DNA of 64,000 bases from Kiritimatiellia bacterium (GCA_050949565.1 JBMNFY010000010.1:96001-160000), one strand, 5' to 3'; positions 9,741-20,804 are shown, numbered from the stretch's first letter. The notes: generated by a model not told the origin, from the sequence alone. Made by a program: numbers and translations.

Positions 9741-10337
9741 ATGACCGAGCCTGAGGATAGGGCGAATGAAGCGGAGCGAACAGCGCAGGCGCGTGTTCGG
9801 CTCCGCCAAATTTTCGTGAGTTTCGCCAAAATCGGTGCCGTGTTGTTTGGCGGCGGGTACGCCATGCTGCCGCTGCTGGAGCGCGAAGTGGTCGATCGGC
9901 GTAAGTGGTGCCGACTTGAAGAAATGACGGATTACTACGCCATGGCGCAACTGGTGCCCGGCGTGGTGGCGGTGAATACGGCCATGCTGATCGGCCATCG
10001 TTTGCGTGGATTTTGGGGAACCGTCGCGGCGACATTGGGCGTTGTGTTGGCACCGTTCTTGGTGATTCTGGCCTACGCGATAGCCTTCGATCAAATGCGT
10101 GACTCAACTTTGCTGGCCAATGCAATGTCGGGCTTGCGTCCGGCAGTGGCGGGCTTGATGTTGGGCGTGGCGTACACAATGTTCATGCGCAGTTGCAAGA
10201 CGCGGCTGGGTACCGGCGTATCGTTAGCTGTTGCATTTTTAACGCTCGTGTGCGGTGTCAGCGCGGTGACCGTGATCCTGCTGGGCGTGGCGGTCGGCAT
10301 CGGTTGGTTCGTATTGGAGGCACGGCGGCGGCCATGA
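9741..10337 (+). CDS. chromate transporter, short-chain CHR subunit 1
   Basis: KIGAVLFGGGYAML, AQLVPG, LRPAVAGL. Confidence 0.88.
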   Translation: MTEPEDRANEAERTAQARVRLRQIFVSFAKIGAVLFGGGYAMLPLLEREVVDRRKWCRLEEMTDYYAMAQLVPGVVAVNTAMLIGHRLRGFWGTVAATLGVVLAPFLVILAYAIAFDQMRDSTLLANAMSGLRPAVAGLMLGVAYTMFMRSCKTRLGTGVSLAVAFLTLVCGVSAVTVILLGVAVGIGWFVLEARRRP

Positions 10338-10924
10338 ATCTTTTTGTCAAACTGGCCTATGTGTTTTTCAAGATAGGTCTGCTGACGGTCGGCGGCGGCC
10401 TGGCGATGATTCCCATCATCCAGTATGAGATGGTGCGGCGCGGGTGGCTGGACAATCAGCAGTTTTTGGATATCCTCGGGATCGCGGAGATGACGCCGGG
10501 GCCGATTTCAGTCAACACAGCGACGTTCGTCGGGTACCGGGTGATTGCCGATGCGTACACGGGGGCGCTGGCGCTGGCGGTGCTTGGGGCGCTGGTGGGA
10601 ACGGTGGCGGTATGTACGCCCTCGTTGCTTTGCGTCAATCTGTTCGGCGCATTTTGGAGCCGGAACCGCAACCATCCCTGCATGTCGCGCGTCTTTAGCA
10701 TTATGAGGCCGTTGGTGACCGGACTGATTATCACAGCGGCAGTGTCGCTGGTCTTGCATGCGCTATGGGGCGAGTCTCTCAAAGGCATGACAGAGCGCCT
10801 GCCTGATTTGCGCATGGCGGCGATTGCGGCGGCGGCCTTTGCGCTTACGGCCTTTGGCAAGGTCTCGCCGGTCGTTGTCTTGCTCGGCGGCGCCTGCGCC
10901 GGAGTTGTGCTAGGGTGGATGTAG
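10334..10924 (+). CDS. chromate transporter, short-chain CHR subunit 2
   Basis: FFKIGLLTVGGG, AEMTPGPISVNTATFVG; ATGA overlap with the first subunit. Confidence 0.88.
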   Translation: MNLFVKLAYVFFKIGLLTVGGGLAMIPIIQYEMVRRGWLDNQQFLDILGIAEMTPGPISVNTATFVGYRVIADAYTGALALAVLGALVGTVAVCTPSLLCVNLFGAFWSRNRNHPCMSRVFSIMRPLVTGLIITAAVSLVLHALWGESLKGMTERLPDLRMAAIAAAAFALTAFGKVSPVVVLLGGACAGVVLGWM

Positions 10925-10932
10925 GAGACGTC

Positions 10933-12306
10933 ATGATCGTCTGTTTCAAGAGATGCGACGAGGCGATGTTGCGCGCGGCGCGCGCGGTGGCGGAGCGTTT
11001 GGTCGCGGCCGGTCATGAGGCGCTGTTTGCCGGCGGGTGCGTCCGCGATGCCTGGCTGGGACGTCCCTTTAAAGACATCGACATCGCGACATCCGCCACT
11101 CCCGATCAGGTCGAGGCGATTTTTGCAGGGCATACGGTGGCGGTCGGCAAAGCGTTCGGTGTGGTGCTGGTGTTGCGCGACGGTTATACATTCGACGTTG
11201 CGACGTTCCGCACCGATGGCGACTACGCGGACGGCCGACATCCTGACGACGTGCATTTCGGGACGCCTGAAGACGATGCTTTGCGTCGGGACTTCACCGT
11301 GAACGGCCTGTTTTGTGAGCCTGCCAGCGGGGTGATCCGCGACTATGTGGGCGGCGTGCCGGATCTGAAGGCACGTGTGATCCGGGCCATCGGCGATCCT
11401 GTCGCCCGCTTTCGTGAGGATCACCTGCGCATGTTGCGCGCCGCGCGCTTTGCGTCAGTGCTCGATTTTACGCTTGATCCGGCGACACAGGCGGCGATGA
11501 TGGCGCATGCAACGTGGATCAAGTGGGTCAGCGCGGAACGTATCGCGTCGGAAATGACCCGCCTGCTGTGTGAGTCGCCGCGTCCCTCCGTGGGGCTTCG
11601 TCTGCTTCGCGTGACCGGCCTGTTGCGGGAGTTCCTGCCGGAGGTCGAGGCACTGTACGGTACGGAACAACCGCCGCGCTACCACCCCGAAGGCGATGTC
11701 TGGACGCACACCTGCCTCATGCTTGATGACGTTCCGGCACCGCGTGACCCCGTGCTGGCGTGGTCGCTGCTGCTGCATGACATTGGTAAGCCCGTCACAT
11801 TCTGCCGGAAAGACGATGCGGAAGACGATGGAAACCAAATCCGTTTCCCCAGCCACGCGCCGGTGGGGGCGGCAATGGCCGAAGTCATTTTGAAGCGGTT
11901 GAAGCAACCGACCGCACTGATCGAGCAGGTCAAGGCGGTGGTAGCGGATCACATGCGAGGGGCCGACGCTGAAAAGATGCGTCCCGCAACCTTGCGGCGC
12001 TTTATGGGGAGTCCCGTTTTCCCTGTCCTGCTGGAGGTCATGCGCCTGGACATCAAGCACAGCAACAAGCAGTCCGCGCCGTGGCTCTTTTTGAAAGAGG
12101 CGTTTGAGGCGTTCCGCGCCGAACCGGTTCTGCCGCCGCCGTTGGTCAGGGGACGGGATCTGGTGGCGTGGGGAATCGCACCGGGGCCACGCGTGGGGGC
12201 GATGTTGCGCGAGTTGTATGACGCCCAACTAGAGGGGCGGCTGACAACCCGCGAAGAAGCACAGGCGTATGTCGCGAGCTTGGACGGCACGCCTCTTCAT
12301 CAATAG
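10933..12306 (+). CDS. cca: CCA tRNA nucleotidyltransferase / poly(A) polymerase family with HD domain
   Basis: GGCVRD, DIDIAT, RRDFTVN, EDHLRMLRA, HPEGDVWTHT, LLHDIGK. Confidence 0.85.
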   Translation: MIVCFKRCDEAMLRAARAVAERLVAAGHEALFAGGCVRDAWLGRPFKDIDIATSATPDQVEAIFAGHTVAVGKAFGVVLVLRDGYTFDVATFRTDGDYADGRHPDDVHFGTPEDDALRRDFTVNGLFCEPASGVIRDYVGGVPDLKARVIRAIGDPVARFREDHLRMLRAARFASVLDFTLDPATQAAMMAHATWIKWVSAERIASEMTRLLCESPRPSVGLRLLRVTGLLREFLPEVEALYGTEQPPRYHPEGDVWTHTCLMLDDVPAPRDPVLAWSLLLHDIGKPVTFCRKDDAEDDGNQIRFPSHAPVGAAMAEVILKRLKQPTALIEQVKAVVADHMRGADAEKMRPATLRRFMGSPVFPVLLEVMRLDIKHSNKQSAPWLFLKEAFEAFRAEPVLPPPLVRGRDLVAWGIAPGPRVGAMLRELYDAQLEGRLTTREEAQAYVASLDGTPLHQ

Positions 12307-12441
12307 CCGCTAAGAGCGCAAGGCAAAACCTTCGCTCACGCGAGAATAATGCGCGGTCTGACTTGACAGGAACAAGTGGGTGGCGTATAAGGGGGTATGG
12401 TGTGGACCGGGCAATAACGTGCAGCAACGCAGAGGAGACGA

Positions 12442-15400
12442 ATGATGATACCAATTAGACGAAATGCATGGTGCGGAGTGGTTGCGATTTTCGTGTGCGC
12501 GGTAGCGTGGGCAGCGCGGGCGTAACTGCCCTCGGTGGGACACGGCAGAACCGTGGAAACACTGGTGACCGGTGTTGTGGCCGAGGCGGATGCGGTGGTG
12601 GTAGCGGGGACGTTGCGTAAGCTTGGCGAGGGGCGTCTGGCTGTGACGGCGTCGCACTTCACCGGCGGCACGATTGAAGTCGATCAGGGCACGCTGGCGC
12701 TGGATGCCAGTAGCTCGCTCTCGGTCCCCGTGCTGCCACCGCATATTCTCTCCAACAATCTGTTGCTGTGGGTCGATGCCACAACCAATGTGGTCATGGA
12801 CGGTGGGTCGCCTGCCCAGGTGCAGCGTTGGTGCGATGTGCGCGAGACCGACACGGCGGCGCCGACCCTGATGTATGCCGGACGTTACGGGGAGCATCCG
12901 GGGCCTACATTGGCGAGCCATGACTGGCTGGGTGCGAAACAGTATCTCGAGTTTGGCACAATGAAAAGCAACGGCTGCTGGCTCGCGCTGATGCAGCCCG
13001 GCGCGGGCGGGACGGTCACCAGCAACAAGACGCTGACCGGCAAGAGCTTTTTCGCGGTGCGCGGCACGCAGGGCGGCAACGGGTATCACGGGTTCTTCTT
13101 CGGCAGTTGGAGCGGTAGCGGCAACGGCGGAGACAAGCATTTCCACACCGGGTCTTCCGGCGCAACGCAAACGCCGTTGTTCGCCGAAGAGGCGGCGGAC
13201 AGCCTGCGCAACGGCTGGGTGTCGCTGGACGGTCGCCGCATCAACGGGTTCATGCAGTATCCGCACGACTGGTACGAGCTGGTCGGCGTTCACCTGCCCG
13301 CCGGCACGGCGAACTTTTCGAATTTTTTCAACGACCGCAACTATGCCTACGCGCCGACTACCACCACGAATTTCCGTCAGGGCGGCGGTCAATTGGCCGA
13401 GGTGCTGGTGTTCGAAAATGCGCTGAGCGAGAACGACCGGCTGGCCGTGGAGGCGTATCTGCAGAGCAAATGGTTCAACCGAGCCCAGCAGGGTGTGGTG
13501 GCGGTGCGCGCCGGGGCTGCGGCCGAGTTCCAGGTTGAGCCGGGCGAGACCCTCACGCTGGGCGGGCTGGACGGCGACGGCCTGCTCGTCAAGCGCGGCG
13601 GCGGCGCGCTGCACCTGCGGCGGCAGGCCGGGCTGCCGAAGAGCGCGCTGTACGTGGCGGAGGGCGGTGTAACGGTTGGTCCGCTGGTGAAGCGCGACGA
13701 TGTCGACGTGACGGTCACGACCAACGGCGCGGCGGATTTCGCGACGGGCGGGCGGCGTGTCACGGTGGCCGATGGCAGCATCGGCGTGCAGACGCTGGCC
13801 GAGGCGGGCGTGTTAGCCAAGGCCGGGGCCGGCGTGTGGTCCACGGCGGAGATTCCTCAGGGTGTGAAGACGGTGCGCGTGGAGGCGGGCACGCTCCGTC
13901 TCGCGCCGCCGATCGTGCCGCGCGTCGCCGCTTGTGATCGGCAGCGTGCCGAACGCGGACTTTGAGAAGACAAGTGGTTCGATGGGCGCTGGCGCCTGGG
14001 GGTACGGTTCTTCTAACGCAGAGTGGACTTTCATGCCGCAACGAAGATCACGGAGATCGGCGCTACCAATCAGGTCGACAAGGGTGCGGGCCTGGCCACG
14101 CCCGGCTCGCCCTGGCTCGCGGCATGGGTCCCGCTACTCTGGGGCGGGCGTGTGGTCGCCTTTGTGCAGCGTTCCGGTACCATGGAGGGGACGGTCACGT
14201 TACCGCAGGCGGGCGTGTACCGGCTGACCTTCGCGCATGCGCGGCGCACATCACACGTCCTGCCGCATCTGCTGGAGGTGGTGTTTGACGGCGTGGCGGT
14301 GGGCAAGGTCGAGGCGAATAGTGATTTATTCACGCGCCGCGACATCCGTCTGCCGTACCGTGAGGCGGGTAGCTACAGTCTCATGTTCCGTGGTGTACAC
14401 ATCGAAGCGGGCGACCGCACGTCGCTGATCGACGACATCCGGCTGGAGCGAGTGGAGGAAGATGGCAATTTGGTGCAGGACGGCTCCTTCGAGGAGACCG
14501 GCGATCTCACGCTGCGGCTCAATAGTCAGACACGCTACGAGATCGGCTCGGTGTTGAACGGTCGCGGCTGGACCTTCTCCCCGACGCGGTGACCAACCTC
14601 CTTAGCGGTGGTGTCACCGGCACGAATATCGCGGCGGCGGGCGTGGCCGAGGATCTGGGCGGCTGGATGGTGAGCCCGGTGCAGGACGGCTCCTTCGAGG
14701 AGACCGGCGATCTTACGTTGCGGCTCAACAGCCAGGCGCGCTACGAAATCGGCTCGGTGTTGAACGGCCGCGGGTGGACCTTCTCCGACGCGGTGACCAA
14801 CTTGAACCTCAGCGGCGGTGTCACCGGCACGAATATAGCGGCGGCGGGCGTGGCCGAGGATCTGGGCGGCTGGATGGTGAGCCCTGTGGCCGGCGGGCGC
14901 ACGGCTTTCCTGTTCGGCGACGGCAAACTGCGTACGACGGTGACCTTTCCATCCGGCGGCGTCTACCTTTACCGGGTTTCGTTCTTGGGCGCGGGCGGTG
15001 CTGGCGGATCACCGTTCACGCGGGCGGCTGCGTATACGAGCGTGAATGCCCGGCACACGCTGGACGTGACGTTCGATGGTACTAAAATTGCGCCGATCAG
15101 CCTTGGGCCGCCGGGGTTCCAACCATTTGAAGTGACGCTGCCGGCGGTGACGCAGGGCCAGACCGCCGTGATCGGCTTTGAGGGCAGCAGCGGCACGAAC
15201 GGTCATATGCGCATCGGCTTGATTGATGACGTGCGCGTGACTTATGTGGGGCCGTCCGTGGTACAGGAGGGCGGATTCGAAAACCCGGTCACGTGGGGCT
15301 CCACGGTTGCTCCCGGCGGAGCGGCGTGGTCGTTCACGTCGACCGCCGATAGCGGTGATCCCGACACCAAGAGCGGAATCTGCGTGGAGCGCCAGCCCTT

Positions 15401-15965
15401 TGCGTTCGCTGTGCCGATGGGACGGCAGGTGGGGTGGATACAAAGGACCGCCTCGATCCGGCAGTCGGTGACCTTCCCGGAGGACGGGTACTACGCGGTC
15501 TCGTTCATGGCGGCCGCGCGTACAGAGGGGAATTACTCGCATACGGGCCATGACCTTGCGCTAATGCTCAACGACGTGGCGGTGGGCACGGTGACCACGA
15601 CCGATTATCTGTACGAGCGCTACACGTTCCGCCTGCCGTACGTCAAGGCCGGCGTGTCGTATCTGCTTGCATTCCAGGGGCTCAACTCAGCCGGGGGCGA
15701 CCGGTCGTCGGCCATCGATGATGTGCGCGTAACGCGGCTGGCGGTGGCCGAGGAGTATGTGCCCTTCCCGGAGGGATTGACAATCGAACTGGCCGAGGGC
15801 GCGAAACTGACGCTGGATTTTGCGGGCACGCAGCCGTTGCACGCCCTGCGCATCAATGGCCGTCATGTGAGCGGCACCGTTTCGGCGGCGACGCACCCTG
15901 CGGCCATCACCGGCACCGGTACGTTGCAATTGCCGAACCTCGGATCATTGCTGTTTTTACGTTAA
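12442..15965 (+). pseudogene. large secreted protein (autotransporter-associated beta-strand repeats, lectin/CBM-like domains), broken by a stop codon, three frameshifts and a duplication
   Basis: RBS plus signal peptide from 12442; in-frame TAA 12523-12525; reading continues through ORFs 12535, 13934, 14023 and 14589; LRKLGEGRL and LAKAGAG motifs, repeated GSFE...IDDVR domains. Confidence 0.7.
14472..14884 (+). repeat. imperfect tandem duplication of about 206 bp
   Basis: 14472-14677 repeats at 14678-14884 with scattered substitutions and small indels. Confidence 0.9.
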
Positions 15966-16009
15966 AAATCCGCTACTCAAAGCGGCGCGGCTTTGCTAAA
16001 CTTCCGACC

Positions 16010-16246
16010 ATGAAATTGAAACTGAAGAAAGAACCCGATGCTGTCACAGCGATTCCGGAAGAGCCCAAGGCGTCCGGCGGAGCCTTTATCTCGGCGCGTC
16101 ACCGCAACCCGGCCGATGAACTGGCTACGCAGGGAACGGGAGCGGGCGACAAGATCGGCGGCATCTGCGCGATCATCGCCACCATCTTTCTGGCGATCAT
16201 CACCTTCCTGATGTACGCGAACTGGGATCTGATTAAGTCCGCCTGA
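16010..16246 (+). CDS. small hypothetical membrane protein
   Basis: 78 aa with one C-terminal transmembrane helix; codon usage matches neighbours; fills the gap between genes. Confidence 0.65.
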   Translation: MKLKLKKEPDAVTAIPEEPKASGGAFISARHRNPADELATQGTGAGDKIGGICAIIATIFLAIITFLMYANWDLIKSA

Positions 16247-16274
16247 ACCGGAGACGGAGGCAGATTTGATCACG

Positions 16275-17015
16275 ATGCTACGCAGATGGCTGTGGCGTCT
16301 GCGAAGTTTATTTTCGAGGGCACCTGCCGCGATGACGCTCGCGGCAGTGTGTCTTTTTGTTTTTTTGATGCAGCAGACGGCGGCACGGACCGAGTTTGTC
16401 TATGGTTACAGCTATGGTCATGTGCTACTCTCTTGTTTCGGTCTGAACGGTGCGCTATTGAGCCGGGGCTTCTTCTGGCAGCCGCTGACCTATATGTTTC
16501 TGCACGCCAGTTGGATGCATCTGGGGCTGAACATGCTGACGGTGCTGCTTTTCGGCTCGGGGCTTGAGTCGGAGATCGGCGGACGTCAGTTCTGGCAGGT
16601 CTTTCTGTGGGGCGGCGTGCTGGGCGGACTGGGCTGGTTGGCCGTGACGGCGGTGCTGCCCATGTTGCCGCCGCTGTCGGCGTTGACGCAGTGGATGCCG
16701 TCTGCTCTGCGCGCCTGGATCGGTACGGCGGACGCGGCGGGGCGCTCGCTGGATACGGCACTGTGTATCGGTGCGTCCGGCGGGGTGTTCGCCCTGATCG
16801 GGGCGTATGCCGCACTCTTCCCGCAACGCGAGGTGTATGTGCTGGTGTTGGTTTTTCCGGTACGCATGAAGGCACGCACGTTGGCGTGGTTGCTGGGCGT
16901 GGTCACCGTGATTGAAGCGGTGCTGGTGCAGTCGCAGGTGGCGTACGCGGCCCATTTGGCCGGTGGCCTGAGTGGGTATCTGTGTGGACGTCGGATAAGA
17001 GGAGGCGGGCGATGA
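16275..17015 (+). CDS. rhomboid family intramembrane serine protease
   Basis: WQPLTYMFLH..WMHLGLNM, IGASGG, AHLAG. Confidence 0.92.
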   Translation: MLRRWLWRLRSLFSRAPAAMTLAAVCLFVFLMQQTAARTEFVYGYSYGHVLLSCFGLNGALLSRGFFWQPLTYMFLHASWMHLGLNMLTVLLFGSGLESEIGGRQFWQVFLWGGVLGGLGWLAVTAVLPMLPPLSALTQWMPSALRAWIGTADAAGRSLDTALCIGASGGVFALIGAYAALFPQREVYVLVLVFPVRMKARTLAWLLGVVTVIEAVLVQSQVAYAAHLAGGLSGYLCGRRIRGGGR

Positions 17016-17893
17016 CGACGGTGTGTGATGTGATGGATGATCTGCGGGCGATGGCCGCAGTCAAAGCAGCGTTGGCCGAGGACGTGGGCGAAGGCGACGC
17101 GACGACGCTTGCGCTGGTGGATCCCGCCGCGCGTGCGACCGGCGAGATTCTGGCGCGCGAGGCGTGCCGCGTGGCGGGGGTGACGGTGGCGCGTGCGGTG
17201 CTGACTTGTGTCGATCCTGCGTTGCGCGTGGCGGTCATCGTGCCGGATGGCGAGACGGTTGAGCCCGGCGACACGATTCTGACGATCGAAGGCAAGGCGA
17301 CCTCGATTCTGACGGCGGAGCGCACAGCGCTCAATTTCATGCAGCGGATGTGCGGCATCGCCACGTTGACCGCGCGTTTCGTGAAGGCGGTCGAGGCGTA
17401 TGGGACGATGATTCTCGACACACGAAAAACCACGCCCAATCTGCGTCTTTTCGAGAAGTACGCTGTGACGTGCGGCGGCGGCACGAACCATCGCTTCGGC
17501 CTCTACGACCGCGTGCTGGTCAAGGATAACCACCGCCGCCTTTGGCAAGGGGGGGACCCCGACCGGCTGGACTTAGCGGTGGCGGCGGCGCGTGAAGCCT
17601 TTCCGCTGCTGGAGGTCGAGATCGAGGTCGAGAGCGTGGCCGAATGCCAAAGTGCGTTGCGTGGTCGGCCAGAGTGGATCATGCTCGACAACATGTCATG
17701 TGAGATGATGCGCACATGCGTGGCGCTGTGCCGTGGCGTGTCGAAGACCGAAGCTTCGGGCGGCATCACGCTGGCGCGGGCGCAAGAGGTTGCTGCGACC
17801 GGTGTCGATGCGATTTCGCTGGGTTGTCTGACACATTCCGCGCCTTCGGTGGATCTGGCGCTGGAGTGGCGTGCAGAGGTAGGTAATAGGTAG
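17012..17893 (+). CDS. nadC: nicotinate-nucleotide diphosphorylase (carboxylating)
   Basis: ERTALNF, DTRKTTP, NHRFGL, KDNH, IMLDNM, EASGGI. Confidence 0.95.
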   Translation: MTTVCDVMDDLRAMAAVKAALAEDVGEGDATTLALVDPAARATGEILAREACRVAGVTVARAVLTCVDPALRVAVIVPDGETVEPGDTILTIEGKATSILTAERTALNFMQRMCGIATLTARFVKAVEAYGTMILDTRKTTPNLRLFEKYAVTCGGGTNHRFGLYDRVLVKDNHRRLWQGGDPDRLDLAVAAAREAFPLLEVEIEVESVAECQSALRGRPEWIMLDNMSCEMMRTCVALCRGVSKTEASGGITLARAQEVAATGVDAISLGCLTHSAPSVDLALEWRAEVGNR

Positions 17894-17909
17894 TAGGTAA
17901 TAGGTGAGG

Positions 17910-18370
17910 TAATCAGTGTGCGAAGATCATGCGTTTATGGTGAAAAGGGGAGCGGTGAGTCGGGAGCGCGGGCGTCCTCGCCCGCAACAACGTGTCGTGC
18001 AAAAGACTGATGCGCATACGCGCTCCGTTTTTAATTTTGACATGATTAACATGATTTGGAGGGCGAGTGTCCCCACGAGCCGCCTTCCGCTGTGCGGAAG
18101 GATGATTTCAAGGTTTGTTGCGGAGCACCGGGAGGGACGAGCGTCTGCTCGTCCGCGGGCAAGCAGACGCTTGCCCCTCCCAGCGGCGGTCACGCCGCCG
18201 CCCCGTAAAAGGTCTCAGCGTCTCCGCGTCTCTGCGTTAAAAAAACGTTCAACGCTCAACGCTCAACTTCCAACGCTCAACTTTCTGCGGGCGGGGACGC
18301 CCGCGCTCCCGGCTGTGTGCACACAAAACACGCGCTCGACTCGCATGCCCCCCCTGGCACCAACCGATTA
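17910..18370. mobile_element. composite MITE-like element with conserved ends and palindromic cargo
   Basis: Starts TAATC and ends AACCGATTA; both end modules recur inverted at 22470-22750; single ends occur at 32126-32203 and 45595-45696. Confidence 0.55.
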
Positions 18371-18379
18371 CGAGAAGGA

Positions 18380-19147
18380 ATGACTGTGATGCGAATGGTG
18401 GTGGTGGATGTCGGGAATACGTCGACGAGCATCGGGCTGTATGAAAACGGCCGGGTGTCCCGCGTCAGCCGTGTGAAGGGCGGCATCAAGGAGGAGCCGG
18501 AGCGTTGCGCCAAAGCGTTGCGCGAAGCCGCGCACGGCGGGGCTGTATGCGGCGCGGTGCTCGGGTCGGTCGTACCGAACGTGAACGCGGACTGGATACA
18601 GCTTGTGCAACGTGAACAGGGGGGCTGCCGCTTGCTGACGGTGGATGCTACATTGCCGATGGATGTGACGGTCGACTATCCCGATCCCTCGAGCATCGGC
18701 GCGGACCGTCTGGCGGGGGCGTGCGGCGGGGTGCGGCGCTACGGTGCGCCATTGATCGTGGCGGATTTCGGTACCGCGCTGACCTTCGATGTCGTGACGC
18801 CCGACCGGCGCTATGTCGGCGGGGCGATCACGCCGGGGCTGCCGCTGATGACCGACTACCTCTACGAACGCACGGCGCTGTTGCCGCGCGTAGTGTTGGA
18901 AGGGCCGTGTCCGGAACTGGGGCGCAGCACGCAGCAGGCGATGCGTATCGGCGCACAGATCGGTTACCGCGGGATCGTGCGCGAGATTGTGACGTATCTG
19001 AGCGCGTCGCAGGACTGTACGTTCACGCTTGTGGCGACCGGCGGCTATGCCGACTGGGCGCTCAAGGATAGCGGTATGGCATTCACGTTCGATCCCGATC
19101 TGACACTTTTTGGACTGGGATGCATAGGAGAAAAGTCATGGGCATGA
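18380..19147 (+). CDS. coaX: type III pantothenate kinase
   Basis: VDVGNT, IGADR, DFGTALTFD, GGAITPG, ATGG. Confidence 0.93.
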   Translation: MTVMRMVVVDVGNTSTSIGLYENGRVSRVSRVKGGIKEEPERCAKALREAAHGGAVCGAVLGSVVPNVNADWIQLVQREQGGCRLLTVDATLPMDVTVDYPDPSSIGADRLAGACGGVRRYGAPLIVADFGTALTFDVVTPDRRYVGGAITPGLPLMTDYLYERTALLPRVVLEGPCPELGRSTQQAMRIGAQIGYRGIVREIVTYLSASQDCTFTLVATGGYADWALKDSGMAFTFDPDLTLFGLGCIGEKSWA

Positions 19148-20055
19148 AACCGACAGTTGTGATTTTGGCGGCGGGTATGGGCAGCCGCTACGGCGGACTT
19201 AAACAGGTTGATCCGGTGGGGCCGTCGGGCGAGACGATCATGGATTACTCAGTCTACGACGCTCTGCGTGCGGGCTTCGGACGTATCGTGTTCGTGATCC
19301 GGCGCGATTTTGACGAGATATTTCGCACCACGATCGGCGCGCGATACGCGAGGGCGGTGGAGGTCGCGTACGCTTATCAGTCGCTCGATGACCTGCCGGA
19401 GGGGATGAGCGTGCCTGCCGAGCGCACCAAGCCGTGGGGCACGGCGCATGCGATCCGCGCCGCGCGTGAGGTGGTCGACACGCCTTTCGCTGCGATCAAC
19501 GCCGACGATTTTTACGGACGTGACGCTTTCCAGCAGCTCGCCTCCTTCCTGAACACGACTGCGGCGGGTGATGCCGCGAAACCGCGCTTCGCGATGGTGG
19601 GGTACCGGCTTGACCAGACGCTCTCCGGACATGGCAGCGTGGCGCGTGGCATCTGCGATGTGGGGCCGGACGGTCTGCTGGTATCTGTAACCGAGATGAC
19701 GCAACTCGTGCGTGTGCCGGGCGGTGTGGAGAACCGCGATGATCCGGAGCGTCCGGTCGCGTTGACCGGTGCCGAGCGGGTCTCGATGAACCTCTGGGGC
19801 TTCACGCCGGCGCTGTTCGACGCATTGGAGTGCCGTTTCCCGGCTTGGCTGGTGGCGCACGCGGACAATCCCAAAGCGGAGTGGTACATTCCGTTTGTGG
19901 TGGATGAAATGATCCACGACGGCGCGGCCGAGGTGACGATGCTGCCGACTGAGAGCGCTTGGTTCGGCGTGACCTACCGCGAAGACAAGCCGCGCGTGGT
20001 CGAAGCGGTACGGCAGCTCGTCGCGGCAGGGGAGTATCCAGAGAAGCTCTGGTAG
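19144..20055 (+). CDS. sugar-phosphate nucleotidyltransferase
   Basis: ILAAGMGSRYGGLKQ, KPWGTAHA, INADDFYG. Confidence 0.88.
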   Translation: MKPTVVILAAGMGSRYGGLKQVDPVGPSGETIMDYSVYDALRAGFGRIVFVIRRDFDEIFRTTIGARYARAVEVAYAYQSLDDLPEGMSVPAERTKPWGTAHAIRAAREVVDTPFAAINADDFYGRDAFQQLASFLNTTAAGDAAKPRFAMVGYRLDQTLSGHGSVARGICDVGPDGLLVSVTEMTQLVRVPGGVENRDDPERPVALTGAERVSMNLWGFTPALFDALECRFPAWLVAHADNPKAEWYIPFVVDEMIHDGAAEVTMLPTESAWFGVTYREDKPRVVEAVRQLVAAGEYPEKLW

Positions 20056-20066
20056 CGCGGCGACGG

Positions 20067-20801
20067 ATGCGCGGTCTGACCACATTCATGACGAAAGTGA
20101 TCGACGGGGTTTACCCGCGCGTCTGTCCGGGGTACGGCTGCGGTCGGCTGTCGGAACGGACCGGACGTCACCTTTGTAATGATTGCCGCGCCAAGATCGA
20201 ACTCTACAGCACGAGTCTATGCAAGCTGTGCGGTCGCGAAATCGAGGGGCGGGTACGGCATGACTTCGTGTGCAGCGTCTGCCGCGCGGCACCGCCGCAT
20301 TACGACCGTGCGCGTGCGGCCGGACACTTCTCCGGCGTGCTGCGCGACATGGTGCACGCCTTCAAGTATAACAGTGCCCTCTGGTTGTGCGCCGATCTCA
20401 CGGATTTACTGCAAGGCTGCTTGATGGCGCATTTCGATGCCAATGCGGTGGACGTCGTGCTGCCGGTGCCGTTGCATCCGGTGCGGCAGCGCGAACGTTC
20501 CTACAACCAGTCGGTGTTACTGGCACGCGAGTTGGCGCGACGCATCGACCGTCGTTGCGACACGCGCGCCTTGGAACGCGTGCGCGTCACGGAGACGCAG
20601 ACGCACCTCAACGCAGCGCGCCGACGCATGAACATGCTGGGCGCGTTTCATGTGGCGCGTCCCGACTGGGTGCGGCAGCGGTGCGTGTTGCTGGTGGATG
20701 ACGTGATGACCACCGGCGCGACGCTCAACGAATGCGCGCGCATGCTGAAGAAAGCAGGCACCCGCACGGTCTGGGCCGTGACCGCAGGGCGCGGGGTGTA
20801 A
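20067..20801 (+). CDS. comF: ComF family protein (zinc ribbon + phosphoribosyltransferase)
   Basis: CxxC clusters, PVPLH..R.RER.YNQ, LLVDDVMTTGAT. Confidence 0.9.
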   Translation: MRGLTTFMTKVIDGVYPRVCPGYGCGRLSERTGRHLCNDCRAKIELYSTSLCKLCGREIEGRVRHDFVCSVCRAAPPHYDRARAAGHFSGVLRDMVHAFKYNSALWLCADLTDLLQGCLMAHFDANAVDVVLPVPLHPVRQRERSYNQSVLLARELARRIDRRCDTRALERVRVTETQTHLNAARRRMNMLGAFHVARPDWVRQRCVLLVDDVMTTGATLNECARMLKKAGTRTVWAVTAGRGV

Positions 20802-20804
20802 AGG

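Noticed and set aside
14472-14884. Tandem duplication as a DGR TR/VR pair
   Set aside because: Differences include C/T and C/G changes and indels; no RT or Avd gene nearby
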